IMG/VR virus record: IMGVR_UViG_3300018946_000033 | Span: 5,717 to 69,716 of that record | Direction: 5' to 3' (one strand) | Origin: a virus | DNA: 64,000 nt | Shown here: positions 38,271 to 47,116 of the stretch, in pieces | How the letters are laid out: each line of letters opens with the position of its first letter | How positions within the stretch are numbered: the stretch's first letter is position 1 | Program-made: the position numbers and the translations under genes | The notes under the pieces: model-generated | The model's input: the letters and a program-made list of their open reading frames with translations, nothing else | What the model was told of the DNA's origin: nothing | The model's database searches: none

Positions 38271-38612
38271 TCAGCGGTACAGCTCGTACGTCACACTCGT
38301 CGGCGACGAGTAGTTCACCACCGCTTCGGCGGTCGCGTTCGACACGAACACCGACGAGGGCTTGATTCGCTTCGTCGCACCGGCTGCCACCGTGAACAGG
38401 CCGGCGGTCTGCGGCGACACGGTGGCGTTACCTGCCGCGGTTGTGCCGGGGTCGACGATCGTGACGGTGATCGAACCGCCGGAGCCGTTGTGCACCTCGA
38501 GGATCGCGCCGTTGGCGATGTCGCCGCCGGAGATCCTGTCGCCGTTCGCAACGTTGGCGGGGGCGCTGAGCGTGGCGGTGTTGCCGAGGACAACGGCGGT
38601 GAGCAGAGCCAT
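38271..38612 (-). CDS. Small beta-rich probable virion protein
   Basis: AGGAGG RBS; between terminase and portal. Confidence 0.7.
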   Translation of the reverse strand: MALLTAVVLGNTATLSAPANVANGDRISGGDIANGAILEVHNGSGGSITVTIVDPGTTAAGNATVSPQTAGLFTVAAGATKRIKPSSVFVSNATAEAVVNYSSPTSVTYELYR

Positions 38613-38672
38613 GAGGTGCCTCCTGCGGGCATGGTGAAGGGCCGGCGTGGGGGCCGGTGACAGTCGGTCGGG

Positions 38673-40193
38673 CTAGAAGGACATGTTCATGAAGTCCGGG
38701 CCGTCGTCCTCGGCCGGGCGGGGCGCGGCGGGCTTCGGGACGGGCGGAACCCACTTCGTGACGGCCACGCGCACCGCGTACGAGCCCACGTCCACCTGGT
38801 CGTCGTGGGAGCCGTTCGGGAACGACGCGTGCTCGGACACCCACTCCTCAAGCCACGACGCCCCTGCTGGTAGCCACACCCGGCCGGCTGAAGCTCGCGC
38901 CGAGTAGGGCAGGGCTCGGGAGAACTTGTCCGTCTCCGCCTTGAGCGGCGTCACGTGCAGGCCGCTACGGGTCGCCTCGGCGGTCAACGTCATCGAATGC
39001 TGCGTGGCCTCAACGAACGCGGTGTCTACGCGCCACCGCGCCGCGAGCGGGCGCACCAGGTCGAAGTGGTTGGCCTCGCCGACCTTCGCGCGGACCCGGT
39101 CCAGCAGGACAAGGTCACCGTCGAGGGTCAACGCCCACGCCGCGGCGACCGTGAAGTCAGCCGAGGTACGCGTCGAAGCGGCGAGGTCGACGGTGATGAA
39201 CCGCCAACACTCGTCGACCGGCCAGACCCGGCCAGCCAAGTCGAGGCGGTCTCGGCGCCCGTCCGCCGGGGCCGGGGTCCAGTACCGGAACCACAGCCGC
39301 TTGAACAGGCCGCCCTCGGCGGGGGCGGGGCGCTGCTGGTACAGGGCGGCGAAGACGTACTCGCCGACATCGTGGCGGATCTTCGCCCAGTCCCGGTAGC
39401 CGCGGGCCGACACCATCGGCTCGCCGATCGCCCGACCAAGCGGGTCGTCGGGGGAGTCGCAGATCGCCGGGATGCGAACCACGTCCCAGTTGGCACCCTC
39501 GTTGGCGAGGATCTGCATGATCGGCTCGGACTCGTGCCACAGCGTCTGAATCCACGTGACCGTGGTGTGCGGCGCCATGCGGGGAATGAGGACACCCTGC
39601 CAGGTGCGCATGCCCCGGTCGCGGTACTTCGCCGACTGCGCTTCCTCGAGGTTCTTCAACGGGTCATCGACGAGTATCCGGTCGCCCGGTCGGCCGGTGA
39701 TTTGGCCGCCGACGCCGGCGCAGTAAACGCCGCCCTTGTGCCCTTCGAGTTGCCACCTGCCGGACGCCCTCGAGTCGGCGCGGAGGCGCAGCCCGAGGTC
39801 GACGGTGCCCTCGTCGCCGTTGTACGTTTCGAGTGCCCGTTTGATTTCCGCGCCCCAGCGCAGGGCGATCTCGCCGCTGTAGCTGATGATGATGATGCGC
39901 TGCTCGGGGTCGTCGAGGAGTAGCCACACCGGGTACCAGTAGGAGCAGAGGGTCGACTTCCCCTCCTGCGGTGAGAGGAACACGGCGAGGCGCGTCCGGC
40001 CTTTGCCGTCGGCTTGGGCCACGAGCTTGCGGTTGATGAGTTCGAGCGCCGGGGTGCGGACCATCTTCGGGTCGAGTTCGCACGCCAGGTCGAGGGGTGA
40101 GTCCCAGCGGCGCGGCCCGACCGGTTTCGGTGTGAGCGCGGCGGCGAACGCCTGCCAGCCGGCGCGTTCCCATTCGGTGGGGGTTGCCGTCAT
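38673..40193 (-). CDS. terL: Terminase large subunit
   Basis: SPQEGKS, ILVDDPLK, ALYQQRP, VDLA, FPNGSHDDQVD. Confidence 0.95.
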   Translation of the reverse strand: MTATPTEWERAGWQAFAAALTPKPVGPRRWDSPLDLACELDPKMVRTPALELINRKLVAQADGKGRTRLAVFLSPQEGKSTLCSYWYPVWLLLDDPEQRIIIISYSGEIALRWGAEIKRALETYNGDEGTVDLGLRLRADSRASGRWQLEGHKGGVYCAGVGGQITGRPGDRILVDDPLKNLEEAQSAKYRDRGMRTWQGVLIPRMAPHTTVTWIQTLWHESEPIMQILANEGANWDVVRIPAICDSPDDPLGRAIGEPMVSARGYRDWAKIRHDVGEYVFAALYQQRPAPAEGGLFKRLWFRYWTPAPADGRRDRLDLAGRVWPVDECWRFITVDLAASTRTSADFTVAAAWALTLDGDLVLLDRVRAKVGEANHFDLVRPLAARWRVDTAFVEATQHSMTLTAEATRSGLHVTPLKAETDKFSRALPYSARASAGRVWLPAGASWLEEWVSEHASFPNGSHDDQVDVGSYAVRVAVTKWVPPVPKPAAPRPAEDDGPDFMNMSF

Positions 40194-40204
40194 GGCGACC
40201 TCCG

Positions 40205-40561
40205 TCAGCGTGCGCCGCCTTCGTACGGTGCGGCGTGCCCGGCTTGGATGAGGATGGTGGCGAGGTCGCGGCCGTCGGCGAGCGTGATGTCGCCAAGGGG
40301 TCGCCCGTACTTGTCGAGGCTCTTCGACGTGAACGTGACGGGGTCGCCGATGGTGAGCAGCGTGAGGACGAAGTCGCGGGCAGCGCGGCCGGCGGCCGTG
40401 TTCAGTTCGGGGGCGTTGCAGTGGCCGAGGCGGCAGTTCTCCACGCGGTACGTGTACCAACCGAGGTCGAGCTGCATCCGCAGGGAGTCGGCGTCGATGA
40501 CCCGAAGGACGACGGCGGGCACGGTCCAGGTCGTCACGACCGCCGCCTTCCAGGGGGTCAT
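40205..40561 (-). CDS. Thermonuclease (SNase-like)
   Basis: RVIDADS, DLG, RL..CNAPE, DKYGRPLG. Confidence 0.85.
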   Translation of the reverse strand: MTPWKAAVVTTWTVPAVVLRVIDADSLRMQLDLGWYTYRVENCRLGHCNAPELNTAAGRAARDFVLTLLTIGDPVTFTSKSLDKYGRPLGDITLADGRDLATILIQAGHAAPYEGGAR

Positions 40562-40823
40562 CGGATCTGCCGTCTCCACATCAACGAACGCACCGCGCGC
40601 AGGCTGCTCGCCGCCGCCCGCACCGCGCGCAACAGCCCTGCCGGGACAAAGGACGAGCGCTGCCCTTTGAACCCCTAACGTCTGCTCGATCAGCCCGACT
40701 CAAATTCGATGAGACATGGGAGGCTGTCGATCGTGCTCCCCGGAGCGCAAGGGGCCCGCCGCGTCGATCTTTTGCCACGCCGAACGTGCCGACGTGGCCC
40801 GAATCTCTTCACTAGGAGGTGCC

Positions 40824-41348
40824 ATGAAACGTCTCATCGCTGCGGTACTGACGACGGTTGCCGCGATGGCTTTGGTCGTGCTGCCAGCGAGTTCCGCTTC
40901 CGCACACCCGAACGATCACACCGTCGCGGTGTCAGGAAGTATGTACATCCACGATTCGGACTTCCAGGGCTGGGACGACGAAGACGTCTCGTTCCACAAG
41001 CTGGTGGTGGTCAGCGGCGACGCGCCGGTCGCCACTATGCGGTTCCAGGGGTGCGCCGACGAAGTACGAGTGGTGCTGGACGTGACCGTCGTCCACGAGG
41101 CTGGCGCTGGGCGGGTGAACGTCACGACCCGAACCCGCCTGTACGAGGGTGCCAGCTGCGCCACCACCGACCTGGACCAAAGCGACACGAGGCACCTCGT
41201 AAATGTGGGAATTAGCGCCCACGATAAGTGGACCACGAGGTCTGACGGGAACTACGTGACGGTGAGAATGACTGTTACTCACCGCGGCTGCCGCCCTGTC
41301 CCGTGGGATGTTTTCCCTCTCTGTTCACCGTCGCCGACGGTGCCGTGA
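40824..41348 (+). CDS. Secreted beta-rich protein (moron)
   Basis: AGGAGG RBS; Sec signal ending ASA; four Cys; opposite strand to late operon. Confidence 0.8.
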   Translation: MKRLIAAVLTTVAAMALVVLPASSASAHPNDHTVAVSGSMYIHDSDFQGWDDEDVSFHKLVVVSGDAPVATMRFQGCADEVRVVLDVTVVHEAGAGRVNVTTRTRLYEGASCATTDLDQSDTRHLVNVGISAHDKWTTRSDGNYVTVRMTVTHRGCRPVPWDVFPLCSPSPTVP

Positions 41349-41496
41349 ACCTTCTCGTCGCTGCGGCACTGACGGCGCGCTTCACCGCGGCGTCCGTGTC
41401 TGCGGCAGAGGGCTGCGCGTGGACCCAGATGTGGACGGGACCCGTCGGCGTCGGCGCGATCAACGCGGCAAGCCGGGTGCGGAAGCGGCTGATCAC
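41275..41496 (-). CDS. Small hypothetical protein
   Basis: AGGAGG RBS before GTG; 3' end overlaps the moron. Confidence 0.45.
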   Translation of the reverse strand: MISRFRTRLAALIAPTPTGPVHIWVHAQPSAADTDAAVKRAVSAAATRRFTAPSATVNREGKHPTGQGGSRGE

Positions 41497-41511
41497 GGGG
41501 GCCTCCTGCGG

Positions 41512-41745
41512 TTAGAGCGAGTCGTTCGGGTCGGCCTTGCGCATGCCGAGCGTTGACTGAATGCCAGCGGCGGCGGCGAGCCAGACGGCGACAATGGAGA
41601 GCGCGTTGAGGTTTGCCACGGAGTCCATCCAGAACGCGAACGTCAACCCGCCCCACACGATGGTGCCGGCGAAGACGACGAGCCACAGCCGCATCCACGC
41701 CTTGCCCGAGCCGAGCAGGGGACGGCAACGGTCGCGGAGCTTCAC
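41512..41745 (-). CDS. Small two-TM membrane protein
   Basis: Two hydrophobic helices. Confidence 0.65.
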   Translation of the reverse strand: MKLRDRCRPLLGSGKAWMRLWLVVFAGTIVWGGLTFAFWMDSVANLNALSIVAVWLAAAAGIQSTLGMRKADPNDSL

Positions 41746-41845
41746 CGGACCGCCCTTCGCCCTGAGTGCTGCTGCGGAGCTTCTCACGATGGCCTGTCGG
41801 CGTTCCCTACCTCAGCGGCGGGTACTTGCGTCAAGGGTCCGAGGT

Positions 41846-42130
41846 CTACGCCAAGTTCGCCCAGAACCGGCCGGGCTTGGGCATCCCGCTCGGGCCGCTG
41901 GCGAAGTGCTGCAGTGACGACATGCGCTCAAGCTGCTGCCCGTACGGGTCGCGCTTGGCCGCGTCGCTGCTGACGTAGACGACGTTGATGCAGGGCGTGT
42001 AGCCGCCGTCCGTGAACGGTCCGTGGACCACGGTGACCAGCCCGACGTGCTGCTGGTAGTGCTCGTCTACGACGAGGACCGGGTCGCCGGGCGCAACGGG
42101 CTGTGGCTGTTCGCTGTACTGCCGTTCCAT
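41846..42130 (-). CDS. Hypothetical protein, first late ORF
   Basis: GGAGG RBS; CINVVYVSSD. Confidence 0.75.
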   Translation of the reverse strand: MERQYSEQPQPVAPGDPVLVVDEHYQQHVGLVTVVHGPFTDGGYTPCINVVYVSSDAAKRDPYGQQLERMSSLQHFASGPSGMPKPGRFWANLA

Positions 42131-42189
42131 CGTGATACCTCCGCGTTTTCCCGGCGGCGGTGTTGCCGTCGGGCCTACCGCCGTGGGCG

Positions 42190-42410
42190 GTGGTCTGCGG
42201 TTGTGGTGTGTCGGGCTACCGACCGAGCGAGTTGGGCCGTGGCCGCACATGCCGCTGCTTGGTCGGCGAGATCGCCCGAAACAGAGGGAGCGGTCGTTGC
42301 GGCCACGGCGACAATGAGACGGCGCATCGAAGCACCACCCCAGACTGAGAGCGGGGGGTCGGGCGCGGCGGAAACCCCCGCCAACGCCGCGCCCGACGAT
42401 CGCCCCCGCA
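42190..42410 (-). ncRNA. Candidate structured leader RNA
   Basis: Stems 42236-42247/42298-42309, 42193-42208/42333-42345 and 42358-42370/42385-42397. Confidence 0.4.
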
Positions 42411-42420
42411 GGCACACCCG

Positions 42421-42459
42421 AACAGCAAAAACGCCTCGACCCGGTGAAGGTCGAGGCTC
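42421..42459 (-). terminator. Intrinsic terminator just downstream of late promoter
   Basis: GCCTCGACC-loop-GGTCGAGGC followed by GTTTTT. Confidence 0.8.
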
Positions 42460-42493
42460 AGGTCACCGAAGTGACACTCGTGGAACTGCCGTG

Positions 42494-42522
42494 AGCGTGA
42501 CAGCAAAACTACCGTCTGTCAA
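42494..42522 (-). promoter_or_regulatory. Putative late promoter
   Basis: TTGACA-17 nt-CACGCT; TGACAG...CTGTCA inverted repeat. Confidence 0.65.
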
Positions 42523-42524
42523 GG

Positions 42525-43268
42525 TCAAGCCGCGGAACGCGCCGCGGACCCATCCCGACGGCGACGCTCATCGACCGCGCGGGTCCTCGCCGACCGCATC
42601 CTCGCGTCCGCCGACCGGTGATACCGCAGCACATGCTCCGCCAGAACGTTGACCTCGTTGGTGTCAACCCACCGACTGCCGCAGGCGATGCACGTCGCCG
42701 ACGGGCCCTTCGACGGATCGACCCGCGCCAGGAGGCTCCCCATCGCGCCGCACTCCACGACCGGGCACGGGGCGTTCAAATGCCGCGACGGGGTCTGCCA
42801 GCCGGTGATGACTTCCGCTTGTCGCTGCCACGACTGGAGCTCGGCTGCGAACAGACACTGCTCGTCGTACGGGCGCGAGTTGGCCACGCCGACCGAACCG
42901 CGGATGTAGTCCTCGGCGGTTCGCCGTTCACCCTTCACGCCCCAGGCGATAGCCCGCCACCTTGAGCCGTGCTCAATGGAGGCGAGCAGGGACACTGCGT
43001 CGATGACGACGGGCACCGACTCGGGGCCACCCTCGCCGCCGGCACCACCGTCCACGCCGGGCTCGGTTGCCTGTCGCAGTTGCTCGATGAGGCCGGGGAC
43101 GATGGTCCTGTGCGGGCGGAGATGCTTCCCGTCTTCGTCCACGCCGTGCCGCTGCTCGGTGTTCTCCCGGGCGTCGCAGAGCGCCTCGGCCGCCGTAGTG
43201 ATGTCACCGAACAGGCCCACGGCATCCGCCCCGTTTTGTCGCTTGACCGTTTGGTGCGGATCGTACAT
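42525..43268 (-). CDS. Zn-finger putative late-gene regulator
   Basis: GLIEQLR, CPVVECG...CIACGSRW; directly upstream of late promoter. Confidence 0.6.
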   Translation of the reverse strand: MYDPHQTVKRQNGADAVGLFGDITTAAEALCDARENTEQRHGVDEDGKHLRPHRTIVPGLIEQLRQATEPGVDGGAGGEGGPESVPVVIDAVSLLASIEHGSRWRAIAWGVKGERRTAEDYIRGSVGVANSRPYDEQCLFAAELQSWQRQAEVITGWQTPSRHLNAPCPVVECGAMGSLLARVDPSKGPSATCIACGSRWVDTNEVNVLAEHVLRYHRSADARMRSARTRAVDERRRRDGSAARSAA

Positions 43269-43350
43269 GAGCGGTTCACGTTTTCGCTGGTCAGCGACGT
43301 GGGGCTATGTCGTGGCGGCTGAATGTGTGCATGGCCTGATGTGGGTGTGG

Positions 43351-44472
43351 CTACCGCGGACCGTCGTCGCGGCGTGACGCGTACATCTCGCCGAGCTTGT
43401 GCGCCGGGTCGCGGAGTAGCGAGTGTCGGCCACGGTCATAGCGGCGGGTGGTGCGCGCGTCGGCGTGGCCCATCGCGTCCTGCACGTCCTCAAGCGCGAT
43501 ACCGGCCTCGCGGGCGTTGGTGGCGAAGGCGTGGCGCAGCGAGTGCGGTGACAGCCGGGCGGCGGACGGAACCCCACCGGTCCGGGCGAGCCTGCGGATG
43601 AGGCGGAAGATCGACGGCTCGTCCATCCGCTTCGGTGTTCCGTTCTTGCCGCTCGTCGCGAACAAGGGGCCGGAGAGGTCGTCGATCTGCACGCCCTCGC
43701 TGGCGGCCCGCGCCACCCGGTACTCGTCAATCGCTTCGAGCGCGTGGGCGCTGATCGGCCGTTCGCGGATCTTCTTACCCTTGCCTTCATAGCGGATGGT
43801 GCGGTAACCGCGGTTGTGTCGGAGGTTATCCATGTCGAGCTTGATGGCTTCGCCGACGCGCAACCCGAGATCGGCAAGAAGCCTGAGCAGTGCCCGGTCG
43901 CGCACTGCCGACAATCGGCGGGCGGCGAGGCCAGGAGTAATGGGGCGGGGGTCGGCAAGGCGGGCTGCGGCCACGTCGTCGGCGGCGTCCAGGAGCGCCC
44001 GCACCTCGGCCTCGGTGAGGCCCACGGTGGCGGACGCGTCGCGGTCGAAGGAGGGGCGGTCGACGCCGGCGCACGGGTTGGTCGTGACTGCTCCGTTGGC
44101 GACGAGGGTCCGATACCAACTCGACACGGCGGACAGGCGTCGGGCCGCGGTGGACGACGAGCCCGTGGCCTGGATATCGGAGAGGTAGTCCGCCACGTCG
44201 GCGGTTCGGGCGAGTGCGGGCTCGAGTGGCTGCCGTCGGGCGGCGCACCAAGCTAGATACCGGCCGAGGTCGTTGAAGTACTCGCGGCGGGTGTGATCAG
44301 ATTTCCGCGACTTGAGCCATGTGAACGTGAGCCGGCGGACGTTGTATGGATCGGCGGGGTCGGCGGACGCCAGCGAGGGCAGCGCGGCGACGGCTGCCAT
44401 GATCTCGGCTTCCTCGCTGAGCGGTGCGCGCCGGACGGCCAGCTCGGTGCCGGTGGGGACCTCGATCGTCAT
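43351..44472 (-). CDS. XerC/D-like tyrosine recombinase (resolvase)
   Basis: SAM-like N-terminus; RDRA, GLRVGE, GKG, HSLRH, MGHAD, TTRRY. Confidence 0.92.
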   Translation of the reverse strand: MTIEVPTGTELAVRRAPLSEEAEIMAAVAALPSLASADPADPYNVRRLTFTWLKSRKSDHTRREYFNDLGRYLAWCAARRQPLEPALARTADVADYLSDIQATGSSSTAARRLSAVSSWYRTLVANGAVTTNPCAGVDRPSFDRDASATVGLTEAEVRALLDAADDVAAARLADPRPITPGLAARRLSAVRDRALLRLLADLGLRVGEAIKLDMDNLRHNRGYRTIRYEGKGKKIRERPISAHALEAIDEYRVARAASEGVQIDDLSGPLFATSGKNGTPKRMDEPSIFRLIRRLARTGGVPSAARLSPHSLRHAFATNAREAGIALEDVQDAMGHADARTTRRYDRGRHSLLRDPAHKLGEMYASRRDDGPR

Positions 44473-44481
44473 GACAAAATA

Positions 44482-44509
44482 GTACAGGATAATGACCCTT
44501 ATGCTGTAT
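44482..44509. other. dif-like recombination site
   Basis: GTACAGGATAA-TGACCC-TTATGCTGTAT, 11-6-11 imperfect palindrome. Confidence 0.75.
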
Positions 44510-44526
44510 CAATTGCCGGTGGTCGC

Positions 44527-44856
44527 TCATGGCCGCCGCCCAGCCTGCGTCGGGTCGCCCGGCAGGTGCGGCGACTCCACCACGGCCAGCACCGTATGGG
44601 TTGGGCGGTACATCTCCCGCATTGCGCGCATTATGTCGTGGACGGAAGCAGCGCGGACGGTACGCCTGTCCCACCAGGTGCGTGGGCCCTGGGCGAGCAC
44701 CTCGTCCGACTTGGTCCGCCGTCCGTGCCACCGCCGCTGGCAGTCCTCGGCAGCGAACCACGCGGACAGGCCGCCGGCCGGGATGGGCTTGCCGCACCCG
44801 CAGGCGCAGCGCTCCTCAGTGGCAACGTCGATGGTGGCCAGGATGTCGTCGGTCAC
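44527..44856 (-). CDS. Small Cys-motif protein
   Basis: CACGCG...C; GTGA coupling. Confidence 0.6.
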   Translation of the reverse strand: MTDDILATIDVATEERCACGCGKPIPAGGLSAWFAAEDCQRRWHGRRTKSDEVLAQGPRTWWDRRTVRAASVHDIMRAMREMYRPTHTVLAVVESPHLPGDPTQAGRRP

Positions 44857-45011
44857 CGGGGACGCCCCCTGGCATCCAGCAGGCCGAGGACTCGGTGGAC
44901 CGTGGAGGAGATCGCGTCCCAGCAGCGGACCACTAGCGGACGCGTAGACGGAACAGCCGCCAGGAGCGCACCAACTGCGAAAACCGTGAGCACGACGAGA
45001 AGTTCACGCAT
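44853..45011 (-). CDS. Small membrane protein, leaderless
   Basis: MRELLVVLTVFAVGALLAAV; GACAAT 7 nt upstream; absent from ORF track. Confidence 0.5.
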   Translation of the reverse strand: MRELLVVLTVFAVGALLAAVPSTRPLVVRCWDAISSTVHRVLGLLDARGRPR

Positions 45012-45089
45012 GGGCGCCATTGTCGCAGCGAGGGCCGCCGCCGGTCATGACGGCACGCCCTCACGGTTGCGGGCGTGGAGCGCTCTCCC

Positions 45090-45749
45090 TCATGCCGCAT
45101 TCCCTTCGATGACGAGCCCGCCTGCGTACCCCTGCAACTGCAACTCCACGGCGATCGCCTCCATCGTCTGCGCCCGCAACTCTTGCGGAACCCCGGCCCG
45201 GTCGAGGGCGCGGTGCACCATGCCGGCCATGGCCGCGCCGAACTGCTCGGCCATGCGTACCTGCCGTTCCGCCAACCCGGCGGCTATGGCGATCTTGCAG
45301 AAGTTCGCGCACCGGTCCCGTTCGCGTTCCTCCAGCTCGACCATCGCCCGCGTGTACTCGCCGGTCGGGACGGCGCCGCCGTCCTCGGTGGCGGCGAATT
45401 TCGTTGAGGTGAGCGCCTTGGTGATGTCGCCGTCGTGTTCGTCGGCGAGGCGTTGCACGGCGGCCGAGTACGACGCGACGCGGCGCGACGATTGGGCGAC
45501 GAGGCGGAGGAGGACTGTGCCGGGGTCGACGGTTTCGTCGTCGAGTCCCCATCTCGTGACCTCGGCGCGAACGGCGGCCTTGGCAACGACTTGGGGGGCG
45601 TTGCCGCCGTGCTTGGGGCAGACGGTGGCGCCGCGGTTGGGGTAGCGCATGCAGGGTTCGGTGTCTCGGTGGCCCCTGCATCGCGTGTGGATCTTGGAGC
45701 ATTTGGCGCAGTTATACGGTGCGGCGGCTCCTCGGGTCGCGCCGCTCAT
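45090..45749 (-). CDS. Terminase small subunit-like protein (HGG motif)
   Basis: C...C..GATVCPKHGG; EERERDRCANFCKIAIAAGLAERQV. Confidence 0.7.
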   Translation of the reverse strand: MSGATRGAAAPYNCAKCSKIHTRCRGHRDTEPCMRYPNRGATVCPKHGGNAPQVVAKAAVRAEVTRWGLDDETVDPGTVLLRLVAQSSRRVASYSAAVQRLADEHDGDITKALTSTKFAATEDGGAVPTGEYTRAMVELEERERDRCANFCKIAIAAGLAERQVRMAEQFGAAMAGMVHRALDRAGVPQELRAQTMEAIAVELQLQGYAGGLVIEGNAA

Positions 45750-45877
45750 AATGTTGAGTCTCGCACGCTCAACCCGGTGCGTGACGTGCCACGCCACACC
45801 CTGACCGCCACTTCGGCGAGCACACCGATGAGCACCATCGCCCCGGCTAGGGCAAGTTCGTGCAGCAAGCCCTTCAC
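45746..45877 (-). CDS. Small membrane peptide
   Basis: Coupled at both ends; one TM. Confidence 0.4.
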   Translation of the reverse strand: MKGLLHELALAGAMVLIGVLAEVAVRVWRGTSRTGLSVRDSTL

Positions 45878-46188
45878 TCGTCGCCGTCCTCTGCGCTGGT
45901 GGTGCCCCACACGTCGGAGGCGCGGCCGGGGATGAGCGTGAGCCCAACGGCGGAAGGGGCGAGGCAGTAGCCCTTGGGCCGGTGGGCGTCGAACGTGGAG
46001 ACGCCGGTCGTGGTGATGTGGCAGGACCCGCAGTGGCAGGTGCGGCTCCCGGACCACCGTTCACCGCAGGCGGCGTGGCGGTGGGGCAGCGGCGCAGGGA
46101 TGGCCGTTGCGACCCCCAATGCTGACCCGTGGGCGTCCTCGGAGGGCTCGGTGGTCCACAGCGGCAGGGGCACGCTCTGATCAGGCAT
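45874..46188 (-). CDS. FDXHR-motif zinc-binding phage protein
   Basis: CGERW..CHCGSCH...FDAHR...C. Confidence 0.75.
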   Translation of the reverse strand: MPDQSVPLPLWTTEPSEDAHGSALGVATAIPAPLPHRHAACGERWSGSRTCHCGSCHITTTGVSTFDAHRPKGYCLAPSAVGLTLIPGRASDVWGTTSAEDGDE

Positions 46189-46388
46189 TATGGGCTCTCC
46201 TCGCTGGTCAGGGCTTGGTCAACGTGCCGGTAGTCGCCGACGAGCGGCACACGCCCGACCAGACAGCCGATGCTTGCCGCCCGGTCGTGGGCGACCTGCT
46301 CGTTCGTCGTGGCGTAGGGCCAGCCGCCGCCGGGCTCGACCACGAGGAACAGGTCGCCGAGGATGTCCGCGCGGTGCGGGGCGCTCAT
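46188..46388 (-). CDS. Hypothetical protein
   Basis: ATGA coupling. Confidence 0.6.
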   Translation of the reverse strand: MSAPHRADILGDLFLVVEPGGGWPYATTNEQVAHDRAASIGCLVGRVPLVGDYRHVDQALTSEESP

Positions 46389-46627
46389 GCCGCCTGCTCG
46401 CATCCGCAGTGGTCGCTGGGCGGCTTGTGCCCGTACCCGGTGTCCTGGTGCGCGTCGGGGTTCTGGTGCCGCCACGTCCACATGTCGTCGATGGCTCCCC
46501 GGGCGGCGGCGAACTCCGCCTTCCGCCCAGCCTGGAGCAGGAGCCGGGCGCGGATCGACAGTGCGTCAATGCCGATCAGGTCGTCGGCGTAGACGGTGCA
46601 GCTGGGGATCGGATCGGCGGCGGTCAT
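46385..46627 (-). CDS. Hypothetical protein
   Basis: ATGA coupling. Confidence 0.6.
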   Translation of the reverse strand: MTAADPIPSCTVYADDLIGIDALSIRARLLLQAGRKAEFAAARGAIDDMWTWRHQNPDAHQDTGYGHKPPSDHCGCEQAA

Positions 46628-46773
46628 CGGGGCGCCCGCTGGCGGCTGGTAGCCGCTTCGCGCTGGCACGCGCCTTGGTTGGCCTGACATAGCCACGAGA
46701 AGTGGCGGTGGCAGAACTCGCCAGGTTGGGGCGGGCGGGGGGCGCTGTCGGGAGTCTGGGTCTGATCGGTCAT
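46624..46773 (-). CDS. Small Cys/His protein
   Basis: GAGGAG RBS. Confidence 0.5.
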   Translation of the reverse strand: MTDQTQTPDSAPRPPQPGEFCHRHFSWLCQANQGACQREAATSRQRAPR

Positions 46774-46805
46774 GTCGTTCTCCTCGCTGGTCGGGTGATG
46801 CCGGG

Positions 46806-47096
46806 TCATGCGGCGTTGCGCAGGTGGGGCTCGAGGCGGTCGAGGATTGGTGGAATGACGGCGCTGGTGATGCCCCCGATGTGCCACTCGGTGATCTCCT
46901 CGACCGGGGGCGCTTTCGGGCCGAGGTAGTTGCGGCCGTTGGCGTAGTTGTAGACAAAGGCGGCGCCAAGGTCGCCGAGGTCGACCTGCCACTCGGCGTC
47001 GCTCTTGAATTCGTCCCACACCTGGGACGGGCCGAACGCTGCGACGAGCGCGGCGTACGAAGCGCGGATCTGGCCGACGTACATGGTGCTGCTCAT
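46806..47096 (-). CDS. Hypothetical phage protein
   Basis: GAAGGAG RBS; KSDAEW...FVYNY motif. Confidence 0.7.
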   Translation of the reverse strand: MSSTMYVGQIRASYAALVAAFGPSQVWDEFKSDAEWQVDLGDLGAAFVYNYANGRNYLGPKAPPVEEITEWHIGGITSAVIPPILDRLEPHLRNAA

Positions 47097-47116
47097 GGGG
47101 TCTCCTTCGGGCTTGG

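Noticed and set aside
42135-42420. tRNA gene in the late leader
   Set aside because: No cloverleaf with T-loop and acceptor stem recognised
43351-44472. Prophage integrase with attL/attR
   Set aside because: Lies mid-element with phage genes on both sides, lacks an arm-binding domain, and has an intact symmetric site
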